A stretch of 63,423 bases of DNA, filler included, from Intoshia linei (taxonomy: Eukaryota > Animalia > Orthonectida): NCBI GenBank assembly GCA_001642005.1. It is 7 parts of 7 records of this genome, joined end to end, with 100 filler letters (N's around TTAATTAATTAA, not from the genome) between each part and the next. Parts side by side here need not be neighbours in the genome. Positions count along the whole stretch, not along the records: positions 51,555 to 58,955 come from LWCA01001559.1; positions 59,056 to 61,232 come from LWCA01002377.1; positions 61,333 to 63,423 come from LWCA01002442.1; 4 more parts are not named here. One strand, written 5' to 3'. Within the stretch, counting starts at the first letter, position 1; each line of letters opens with the position of its first letter. Both the position numbers and the translations under genes were made by a program. Positions 52,640 through 63,423 of the stretch are shown here, piece by piece. Below the pieces are notes generated by a model that was not told where the DNA came from, ran no database searches, and saw only the letters and a list, made by a program, of their open reading frames with translations.

Positions 52640-55426
52640 TTACTTTTTAGGTTGACTAATGATAAAATCAGCACCATCGACACTATTTTTCTCATTATAT
52701 TTGCTCCTAGTGATATAATTGTAAGTTGGAAGTAATTCATTGGCTTCATTGGGTCGTAATTTTAACCAAACCGTAGAAGTAGTACCATAACCATCAACAG
52801 AATGAACCTTTAAATCTCCACCAAAGTATTTTGCATACAATCTAGACAAGGGTAAACCGTAGCCATAACCTGCTAGAGCTGGAAACCCTTCACCGTTGCC
52901 AATAGGCTTCGGTGCTGTAGAAAACATGTAATTAAACATTTGAGAAGATACAGATCTGCACATTCCACTACCGTAATCTATAATACTGATGCATATATCC
53001 TCATCTCCTTTCGCAATCACTACCTTAAGATTTTTTAAATCAATGTCATTATTTTCGTATTTTTCAACGGTAGCTCTACAAGCATTCTAAAAAAACATTA
53101 TATATTTAAAAATAATTGACATTACATTACCTTCATTAATTCAAAGATGATATGATATAGATGAGAAGGTATATAAACAAAATTTATAGATTTATCACAA
53201 TTGATGACTATAACAAAAAAAATTAATGAACAAAATTTTTTTTTACAAATAATATCAAATTTTGGTTCAACCGCATATGTTTGATAGCACAAATCAATTG
53301 CATTTGCTGCTGCATCTTAAAATCTGTATAAAAAGAATAAAGCAATAAATACCCAACACTACTTCATTTATCTCGCATTTTGAATCAAAGCAGCCAACAT
53401 GATGTTTAGTAAGAGTTTGACCATTTTTAGATTTGTCAAACAGGGTTACTACAATATAAATATATTCTAATCAAAAAAAAAAATTACAATGTTGACTAAT
53501 CAGCATTCTGATACCAATGCGATTAAGATAGAATCGATCAAAAAAATATTGCAATTTTTTTTCAACTTGTGGAGTAAAGATATCGAGATGGCTTTCTTTT
53601 AATTCAATTATGCCCTGAATTTTTAAGTAAAATAAAAATAAAAGATGAAAACCTCTGCCATAGTTTGCACAACATTTATATGTCGTTCATAAATATTGAA
53701 TAAATCATCATAAAACCTAAACAATATGAAAAAAAAAACGATAAATTTACATAGTTAAAACATCATTTTGAACGGGTATAGTGTATGCCTGAAATTTTAC
53801 AAGATCTGCCATGGATTGTTTATACCTAATAATGTGTATAAATAAGTAACAAAACCGAAGATTACATGTTATTAACATGAGAAATTGAAGTAGATGACAA
53901 AATTTGTGGAGGTAACATGTACACTAAATTAGTTTTATTTCAAATATAATAATGTAACTACATTCGCTTAGAATATTCGCGATTCTGACAGGTATTTCAT
54001 TTACGATAAACTGTATACTTCGTCTTTCAGTTCCGTTATTTTTTGCTAAAAATATAATTATATTTCGGCATTTAAATTTCCAATGTTTATTTAAATTTCA
54101 TTCAACATTGGAACAATTTAAAAGATAATAAATCTGACATGAAAAATGAAAATAAGAATGAAATTATGTTTTCAAAATTTGAAGATACGAACAATTACCC
54201 GTACATTACAAACACCTATATTCTCCAGTTTGATCAGTACTTTGAGGGGGGAAAATGCTTTTCTGTAATTTATCTAAAATATTATCGGTTGATCATTAAA
54301 TTCTATTCGAAATACGGACTATATTATTCAGAATTGATTACATTTTACCCAAATTTAGTTTTGTTAAAAAAATTGTACACATTTGATATATTTAATGGTA
54401 TGATCAACATTATAAATATGATTGTTGCTGGGTAGAACCCCAGCTTATCTATCAACCTTTTAGAGTTATATTATACTACACGTTTGTAGATATATCACTC
54501 CAACCTTATGTAATGACATTGGATATTTCATTATTTTTGATATAAAAAACCCAAAGACTTTATCATAGTACATGTATATGGAGTTCATACGATCCGTAAA
54601 CTAGTGTGGCCAGAAAAAAAACGTACATCACTTTTAGATTATTTGGAATAAATTTTAAGCCGAAAATTTTTATTCTTCATTATAGATAAGTAGTTTTGGC
54701 TTTAAATTTATCATCAAATATACTAAAATTGATAATACGTCTTTTTTCTGTCCACACTACGTAAACCCAACCATGAACAGGTCTACTATCAACCGATAGT
54801 TAATAAAAATAGAACTTTTCTTAAAACCCATTTATATTTGACGTTTATGTTTCATAAATCCAATACAGGAAAACTAGTACATTAGTATATCGTCATATAG
54901 TCAATTTTGTTAAAAGTACTAATTAGCTAATAGTATAAACGATAAATTACAAAAAGCAGTGCATAGTATATATTTTACGAAAACAGCGTTTTTTACGAAA
55001 ATCAAATACAATGTATAAACATTAACAATAAATGTAAACAGTCTAAAAATATGGAAACGTATCAAATTACTATTAACATTATGTGAGCACGGATCAAAGT
55101 ACTTTACATGCGGAACTCAAAATTTACATTGAAATGTGAAATTCTACAAATTAGTTAAAAAGAAATCTCTAAATTTGGAATTTAATTTAGAAAAATTTAC
55201 CAAAATCAATGACTTGTTGTACTGATAAACAGGCAGGGCGAATTCTAGCAAACTTTGATATGCAATCTAACATGCTATTGTCTTTAAAAGTTCGGTACAT
55301 GTTGCTGTAAGATGGTTGATTAGGCGGAAATGTTGTATTATTCATTTCACTATTGAACCTTTTAAAATTGCACAAAGTACAAGCTTTGCAAATTTTATAA
55401 TTTTTTAAAACAAAGTTTCGCAACAT
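52640..55426 (-). CDS. PDK: Mitochondrial pyruvate dehydrogenase kinase (10 exons)
   Basis: Exon 1 55201-55426 (presequence + PACLSVQQVIDF), exon 2 53962-54045 (EIPVRIAN), then short exons with [51 protein letters not shown], and terminal exon DYGSG...YMFSTAP...LAGYGYGLPLSRLYAKYFGGDL..DGYGT. Confidence 0.96.
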
Positions 55427-57189
55427 TAGAGGAATAATAAAAATGTAATTGAAAAAATTTAAAGAAAGATAATAAATAACAATAAAGTTTAGAACAAATG
55501 CTATTAGTAATCAAATCATTTTATTAAATGTTACATGGTGATTGGAAAGTCGCCAGTGGAGACTATTGTATATTGTTATTTTTTGTTAGACGACAGTTAT
55601 CTTACACTTACTAATTGTTTATTTATAATTAATTGGCAACTGTGTTTAATACTAAAAATGTAGTAATGCACACTTGAACACTTTTAACAATTTTATTAGT
55701 AATGTAGTTAGGTTAGTAATCATTACATTTATTCGTATTTATTTTGTTAAGAAGTGTAAAGATCATTGTAAGTTTATCTCACCTATTGAACTAATTCCTT
55801 TAGATTCCTTGCTCATTTAAATAGGCTAGTTATAGCAAAATGCGTTTTTGCCTGTTGCAAAACGATCTGCAGTTCGTGTTCGGATCGAATCAGATCGTTT
55901 TGCAAAATTCTACTGTCCATTGAAATATATGATCAAATTTGTTTTTATGCTTATTTTTAAAGAATTACTCAGTTTTGAAACTCAATAAAAGTAAAAAATA
56001 TATACAAAATAGATATTTGAAATATCAGGCGAAGAACGGAGGTTTTACTGTACTCAGTAATAACTCCGTACCTTTTACAAAAGTTGAACACATATATCAT
56101 TTCACTATCGATATGATAATAATTACAACCGATGTGATAATAGATAAATTCAAAATGAAATAAGAATTGTGAATTTATTATATTGATAATAATTAATTTC
56201 AATATAATAATGGGGTTTTATTCGAAAAACTTTACGTAAATATAAGCAGAAACTTCGTTACAACTAATTAAAATTATAACCAGTATTATATGGGTGAAAA
56301 TATCTATTTTTTTACACCAGCATTGAGTCATTTTTAAAATCTCATTTTATATATATTAAGGGTTCAATAACTAGGTTCTCAGTAAAACAATACTTTTTAC
56401 AAAAGTTGAACACACTAGTTTGTAGTAATGTCCCAAGTGGTTAAAATAGAAGGTGTAAATTAATTTTAATTACAATTTTATAATTATATTATTATTTGAA
56501 ATGCTACACCTACATAACATTTTGAGTCCCTTGGGTTTATGAATTAAAGTTGTAAATTTGTATATTGTATTGTTTATTTACTTAATTTATTTATTTTTTG
56601 TTTATTTTATTTGGGTATGATTTATAAAAATTAACTTTTGTTATATATTATTACATGTTCATCATTTTTATTAAAACTATTAATATATTAAAAATATTTT
56701 CAAACTGTCTTCAAGTATAAATTAAAAGGAATGAAATCTATCCAAGAAAATTTTATTTTTAAATTAGTTTTGTAATCTCATTTCCCAAATAAGGTTCACG
56801 AAAAAAAGGTCAAAAATAAAATTTTATATTACATAAAATTTTCCAATTTGGATCAAATTATTTGATGAAAATTATTGGTAAATATCACACAATTATCATA
56901 AAAAACTAAATTATACTAATACACTAAATTGTACTAGTGAATTAAGTATATATTACACACTGATTGCAGTTATTGTAAGCCTAGAAAATAAAATTTTTCC
57001 ATTTGTTAGAATAAACTTATTATGTGAAAATGTAATTACTAATTACACTATATAACATTTGTACTGTTAAAATGTTAAATTAAATACAAATTAAATAGTC
57101 TAATTTAAATTTAACAATGTACGTTGTAGATTTATTGATTTCTTTAAAAAAATTATTTCATAATTTATAAATTATAATATAATTATCAA

Positions 57190-57726
57190 ATGACACCCAG
57201 TTTTAAAGCATTAAGATGGAGAGAATTCCACCTAATTAAAGAATCTTGGAATCTTTTGGATAACAAAGAAACTGCAAAAATGTTCTATAATAAATTGTTT
57301 AGAATCTACGGGTTCACATTAAAAATATTTGAAACGTTCAATATAAAAAATGCTACAGAAGGGATAAATATTGAATTAACTTCAATTTAACATGAAATGA
57401 AAATAGCACAGGCAATGTGGAGCTGTTTAGCTCACATAGTAAAATGCACTATAAAAAAGGATAATGACTCGGTTTACAAGTGCATTGATTATTTAATCAG
57501 AATTCACAGAAACATAATAAAATGTAAACCTGCTTACTTTAAAGTATCATATTTGAAATGTTTAACTTTGTTATAGTTTGCAATCAAACCTTTTATAGTT
57601 ACCACTAAAAGAAGGATTCATAACCAAGATACTCTAAACGCTTACAAAAAAATATTTAATATTTTTATCCAAATTTTGATAAATAATGTACAATATAATA
57701 ATGTATTAGCAATTGTTAAGAATTAA
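57190..57726 (+). pseudogene. Globin (~167 codons) with a single in-frame TAA at 57388-57390 (pseudogene, base error or readthrough)
   Basis: IKESW (A12), MFYNKLF (B10 Tyr), KIF (CD1), *HEMKI (candidate E7 His), LIRIH (F8 His), PAYFK|FAI with a 33-nt intron 57544-57576 at G7.0, NAYKKIF (H helix); AATAAA follows. Confidence 0.75.
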
Positions 57727-58282
57727 AACTACTCTACCATTAATAAATTTTAAATATATTACTGTATCTAATCTACAGTAGTAGTTTAAAGTAAATTTGC
57801 ACAATATTTTCTTTTGAAAGGTTTCGTAGAAAATTTGTGAACGCTGTTAACAGTTTTTCCTTACAACCACTAATATTCTACGTTTGAATCTAAAATAATT
57901 GGACAAATAATGGTAACGCTATTAACTTTTCAATATGATTTCAACTGACAATCAATTTTTTTTTCAGTAAAAAATTATTTGTAAAATTTACACTTTGAAA
58001 AAATTTTGTTAATTTTTCATTGATAGATTATGCGTCTTCCTATAAACCTTTTTAATTTTATTTTGGTTGATTGTAACATCGAGTTAAAAAACAGTTTGTT
58101 TTTATGTAAAATCATTTTTGTAATCAACCCAATCCGATTCAAACCAGCAAGTTTTGAAGTATTGCAATAATGAAATACATGTAAAAATACCAAAACGCAA
58201 ATCCAAGTAAAAATTATAAATTTGAATAAATAAAATTAAAATTTAATCAAAATATATAGATTTATAATCAATTTCATAAAAA

Positions 58283-58487
58283 TTATAGATAACTTTGCAA
58301 TTTTCCTTTTCGGCGGACATCTAGGGTCCAACAGTGAAATGCGCCTCCAAAATCATAAGCATCCGTCATGTCTACTTCAATTGGTTTCATTCCATATTCT
58401 TTGAGTTTTTTTATTAATGGTATTTCACCCTTTTGTACAATTATCCGTTCTTCATCCAAACTTAGTATATTCATACAAAGCCAGTGA
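58283..58487 (-). CDS. GATM: Glycine amidinotransferase, terminal exon
   Basis: HWLCMNILSLDEERIIV...GGAFHCWTLDVRRKGKLQSYL* matches the GATM C-terminus including the catalytic Cys. CAG acceptor at 58488-58490; upstream exons not seen in this contig. Confidence 0.88.
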
Positions 58488-59686
58488 CTGGAGAAGAATG
58501 TTGCTACATTTAATATGAAATATAGAGTACACTGATCAATGATCATACTAGAATGCAATGGTTCTCAACGTGGGTGTTTGAACCCCAGGGGCGTTTTCAA
58601 AATTTAGGGGACGATGCAACCAATTATATTAAAAATATCAAATATATCATTTTTGATATTGTTGAAAAAAAATTTTTTGTCCTTATGTATTTTGTATTAT
58701 AGGATGTGAGTCTCCCAATGTCTTTATCCACTAATGCATTCTGAAATGTCAAGGATAGTATTGTGTTTTCCAACATCTTATATTATTGAAAGTGGATTTA
58801 TTCTGTAAACAAAATATTGAATAAACATAAAAACAAAATTAATATATGTCTAAGAGGATATATTGTTATCAAATGAACCAGCATAAAACTAAGAATTAAG
58901 GAGTTGGCACTTAATCATCAGGCGCAAGGGTCACATGGAAATATATATAAATTATNNNNNNNNNNNNNNNNNNNNNNNNNNNNNNNNNNNNNNNNNNNNT
59001 TAATTAATTAANNNNNNNNNNNNNNNNNNNNNNNNNNNNNNNNNNNNNNNNNNNNAAATAATTATATATAGTTCTTAACTTATATTAAAAAGTAATATTA
59101 TATATAATTTGATAAAATTTATATTAATATAAAATAAATTTGATGATATTTAACTTATAAATGATTTAGTTTATATTATGATTTGCATTTAGTTTATTTT
59201 ATTATAAGTTTTATATTTTATATCAAATTTGTGTTACATATTATTTAAATAAATTGATATATTGTTTACTTTCTATTAAAATGTAATAATAAATATAATT
59301 TGATAAAATTTATATCGTCAATAATTTATTTGTGTTGTATAAAAAAATATATAACTTATTTATTAATTTTACATTTTAGAAAGATAAATAAATAATAAAC
59401 ATTATTATAATAATTGTATCAGTTTATATTTTTTTTTCTGTGATAGAATCGAGATAATCAGTTATTTTTGATGATTATTAGCTTCATAATGGGTAACAGG
59501 TAAGATTTCTGGGTTTTTAATTTTAGATATTTGATTTTTTTCAATGGTTAGTATACATTGTGTTTTGAAGCAAGAAAACGTTGTGTAATACGTTTGCTTG
59601 TATCAAACAAATGAATTTGTTCTTTTTTTATAGATGCAGCTAAATCTTAATAACTTTAAATTCTTATAAATTTAAATTTATACTAG

Positions 59687-60100
59687 TTATCGACTGACTT
59701 GGCATTGGTATTGGTTGCACAATGAATCGTAATTTATTTCTATTAGTTGATTTAATTTTGAAATCTTAATCGCATTATTCCTTGCTTGTTCATATCTAAT
59801 TTTGATCTCTTTTAATAAAAATATCGACCACTGCTGAAAGTCCAGCTTCTACAAGCCATGTTTTAGAAAAAGCAATAATGTTTGGTTGAACATAGTCTAA
59901 CACAATTGGATTTGATTCTTGAATTCCAATAAATCCAAATACACCTTTCTTTTCTATTCGTCTTACTAATTTCAAATCTTATTTTAAGTCTAAGCGTTTT
60001 TCAGTTAGTTCAGGACTGGTTTCATTATCTGGTTCAAAGTTCTGAAAATTTGTAAACCAAAGTGGATGCTTCATTTCCAGTATGTTTTGGTATATTATAT
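59687..60100 (-). pseudogene. hAT/Buster transposase C-terminal remnant
   Basis: IIAFSKTWLVEAGLSAVVDIF...GIMRLRF...INYDSLCNQYQCQVSR*, with frameshifts. Confidence 0.7.
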
Positions 60101-60211
60101 TAAAATCAAGATTTTGTTTTGGTTAGCAATTTTATGGCTTAATACACTAAATTTATTTTAATGTTGAAAATTTTCTGTGGGCCACATTGTCTACGTTAAG
60201 CACGCCTGCAT

Positions 60212-61932
60212 TACGGTGTCACACCCATCAAAGAATCAAGGGTAATTAGCACTAAAAGTGTATTTTTAAATTAAAACTAATTCGCAGTCAAAAAAATTTA
60301 ACGCTATCTCTTCTAGTTGCGTTTGTCATTTTAAATATCACTTTAAAAATATTATAGAAAGATTAAAATTGACTTTACCTTTTTTATAATATTGTTTTTC
60401 ATGTTCAGTTATACAGTTTATTTTTTTAAATTTTTTTCTAGCTCAATTTTTGGGATTTTATTAACGATTTAATTTCTTGAATTCTGGCTATTTACATTTA
60501 TTAAATTTTATTTATTACATAATGTGAATTGCATATAATTAAGCAAATATGACATTTATAAGAGTAATTTAATATTACATTTTGAAGAGAAATTTGAATG
60601 TTATATCTGTTACCAAACTTTTTTTCATTAAAATGTGTTTAAAACGTTAATGACTGAATTTAAACATAGAACACTTAGATTTTCATATTCAAAATAAATT
60701 TATCGTTATTATAAATGTTAGTATTTTTAAATTTCATCAATATTACAAAAACCTCTTTTTAAGGAAAAAACGCCCTGTGAGGTTAAATATTACATTTTTC
60801 ATGTCCAAATTTAATATATGTTTTAGTGGGTCATACATTAATCATATAGATCTTTTTAAAAAAAATATGGCGCCAATTAAGAAAAAAGGGGAAAAAGCGT
60901 GCGCAAAACCTTAAAATTCAAAAAGGGTACACATTTTTATAATCATTTTTTCTAAAATTTTATTTTTATGGGTTTTAAAGTACCCTTTTCAAGGTAGGGG
61001 TGGATTTTTTTCGAATAGAAAATTTTGTAAAAAATGAACAGCCTTAATGCTATAATAGCCATAATGACTCATTATATACTCAAATTTTGTTTCATTGGCA
61101 AATGTCAAAAACGATAATTTAGATAGTGTGTCCATAAGTACTCATAAATACCAGATAATTTTAGTCAATATTTTACGTTAATTTTTCACTTTCTTAATAA
61201 AGTGAAGTTTTAATAAATTTATATTTTATATTNNNNNNNNNNNNNNNNNNNNNNNNNNNNNNNNNNNNNNNNNNNNTTAATTAATTAANNNNNNNNNNNN
61301 NNNNNNNNNNNNNNNNNNNNNNNNNNNNNNNNAAAGATTAATTTAATTTGTGCTTCTTAAAAATGACTTAAAAGTTATTTTAACAATAAATAAAAAATAT
61401 AAATATAAATATATTTTTAAAAATATCTAATAAATTTTGGTATATTATAGAATCTGTATTGACCATATTTATTGCAAACATGAGTTTATTTTGGCAAACA
61501 TGACTAACAAGATCGTGAATGTCTTGTATTTGAATGAATTTATTATATTGTAAATAGCCAGAATTCAATCGTTAATAAAATCTAAAAAAATTGAGCTAGA
61601 AACAAATTTAAAAATGTAAACTGTATAACTAAACATGGAGAACAGTATTATAAAGGCGGTACCACGCTTAAAAGCTCAAACGCCGATTTCTGTTAAAATA
61701 AAGTTCAGTTTTAATTTCTTCATAATATTTATACAGTAATATTTAAAATGACAAACGCAACTCGAATAGATAGCGTTAAATATTTTTGATTGCGAATTAG
61801 TTTTTCTATTTTAAAAATACACACTTTTAGTGCTAATTGCCCNGCGAATTAGTTTTTCTATTTTAAAAATACACACTTTTAGTACTAATTGCCCATCGAA
61901 TTCTAAAATTTTCCAAAAAATGTGACACCCTA
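60212..61932. mobile_element. TAGGGTGTCAC-family element(s) with long inverted arms, split by an assembly gap
   Basis: TACGGTGTCACACCC... at 60212 and ...GTGACACCCTA at 61932. Arms of ~300 bp are reverse complementary (60240-60500 vs 61545-61890). Confidence 0.6.
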
Positions 61933-62110
61933 ATGGACACACTAACTAAAATTTAGTTAATTTATTTAGTCTAAATACGTACTCGATAATTTCTATGTAA
62001 ACATAAAAATTTTACTGTATAAATTTGTATAGAAAGATGTTTATTTACGTTTTAATAAGTAAGTTGAAATAAACTTTCTCAATTGTAATTAAATAATCAC
62101 ACTTTATCAA

Positions 62111-63356
62111 TGTAATGGTTATTAATGTAATGGTTATTAATGTAATGGTTATCAATGGAAGTTAAGTTATTAAATCTTGTAATCTTGTAGTATTAATGTC
62201 CGAATCTAACAATATATAATTTCGATAAAATACACGTGCTCAGTTAAGTTTATTAATACTAAAGTGAAGTTACAGCTCAGTTGGAACTGATATTGTAACT
62301 TTACTATTACAACATCTTCCCCCCCCCCCAAGATTCGGGCCTGCTAAACTGCTATTCTAATTGAGAAAATATTGAACTGCTAAAACTTCTATCTTTTTGA
62401 GAAAAATAGAAATGCTAAAATTTGCTTTTAGAATTCATAATCACCGTTAACAAATGCAACTGCGTAATGCTTCATTAAATAAACTAAACATTCTTCATCT
62501 GAATTGAATTTAATTCTACACCAATTTGGTATTTCGCTCACTAATTATGCATAACTTTTCAACTGCCATTTACTGTATTCTTTATTCCATTTACGAGAAT
62601 AAAATCGATATTCATCTGAATCTTGGATAAAACATATGTTATGATTCCTTTGTTCGCTTTTTGGAGTAGAATGTGCATTAGTGTCTACTGTCATACAATA
62701 CTGTCTGCACACTCGACGACGGACAGTCATTTGTTGTTTGTATCAATCCTACATTTTGCGCGTTGTAACACGTGAATAATTGATGACCCAATTTGAAATT
62801 GAATACTAAATAATTTTCTGCTAAATTTAAAATTATTCCATGAAAAATTAAAAATTCTAAGCCCAAAATGATCTAGAATTTATACGGCCAAGGTGTCAAA
62901 AGATAACAATCTACTCTAACTACTACACTGCCATAACAAAGAGGTACAATAACTTGTTTGTTGGTTTCAATATTTTCACAAATGCTCCTACAAAGGATTG
63001 TCTTGCTACTGCTTTTGCTTCAAATTGTTTCCCAAACTGCTCACTGCAAAAATTTTTTGATGCGCCTGTGTCCACTAAGATGGGGACCAAATTGTTGGCG
63101 CAAAATGCTTCAATAATCATTGTGTGGAAAAATTTAAAATTATTAGTTATTAATTAGTTAAAATATTAACTAACACACTTGACTTTAATATGTAATAATT
63201 ATCAATGGAAGATAGGTTATTAAATCTTGTAAATTTAATGTCCGAATCTAACAATATATAATTTCGATAAAATACACGTGCTCAGCTAAGTTTATTAATA
63301 TTAAAGTGATCTTACAGTATCAGTTCCAACTGAGCTGTAACTTCACTATTACAACA
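62111..63356 (-). mobile_element. Miniature LTR retroelement retaining only an aspartic-protease remnant
   Basis: LTRs 62111-62314 and 63191-63356 (TG...CA); TSD ATCAA; G-rich PPT at 62315-62329 on the minus strand; ILVDTGAS and IILGLEFL protease motifs. Confidence 0.9.
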
Positions 63357-63423
63357 ATCAATATTTTTCAATTTCAATTTTAAAGTAAAACAAATTTAAT
63401 TAGTAATTAATAATTATTTCAAA

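Noticed and set aside
54139-54435. 98-aa plus-strand ORF inside PDK intron 1
   Set aside because: No recognisable motifs and AT-biased composition; likely a chance ORF or repeat.
57388-57390. Genome-wide reassignment of TAA to an amino acid
   Set aside because: ICA69, THOC6, PDK and GATM all end with TAA at or near their expected C-termini.
61790-61895. ~50-bp tandem duplication around a single N at 61843
   Set aside because: Probably an unmerged contig overlap.
62111-62155. Short direct repeats as a CRISPR-like array
   Set aside because: Spacer-less 15-bp slippage repeat at an LTR end in eukaryotic DNA.

Overview
Very AT-rich animal (metazoan) genomic DNA with very short GT-AG introns (28-45 nt are common) and strongly diverged proteins. 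This resembles a compact, fast-evolving invertebrate genome such as an orthonectid's (inference only). Seven contigs are joined by six 100-nt N...TTAATTAATTAA...N linkers, so adjacency across gaps is unverified. Genes reconstructed by manual splicing: a 4-finger C2H2 protein (-), ICA69/ICA1 (+), THOC6 (-, 5' part missing, tail-to-tail with ICA69), a polyubiquitin 3' end, a coiled-coil + C-terminal calponin-homology protein (+), a Pax2/5/8-type paired box (+), a coiled-coil protein possibly related to RPGRIP1L (-), pyruvate dehydrogenase kinase (-), a globin with one in-frame TAA (+) and the last exon of glycine amidinotransferase (-). The rest is dense with transposons: Helitrons, many hAT/Buster elements and MITEs, a near-complete SPIN/Buster-like element, Tc1, pogo, CGGBP-like and Ty3/gypsy remnants. 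The most interesting signals are solo LTRs carrying a tRNA-like Pol III cassette, a protease-only mini LTR element whose two LTRs have a hairpin in opposite orientations, the single-stop globin, and a Q42K change in the Pax recognition helix.
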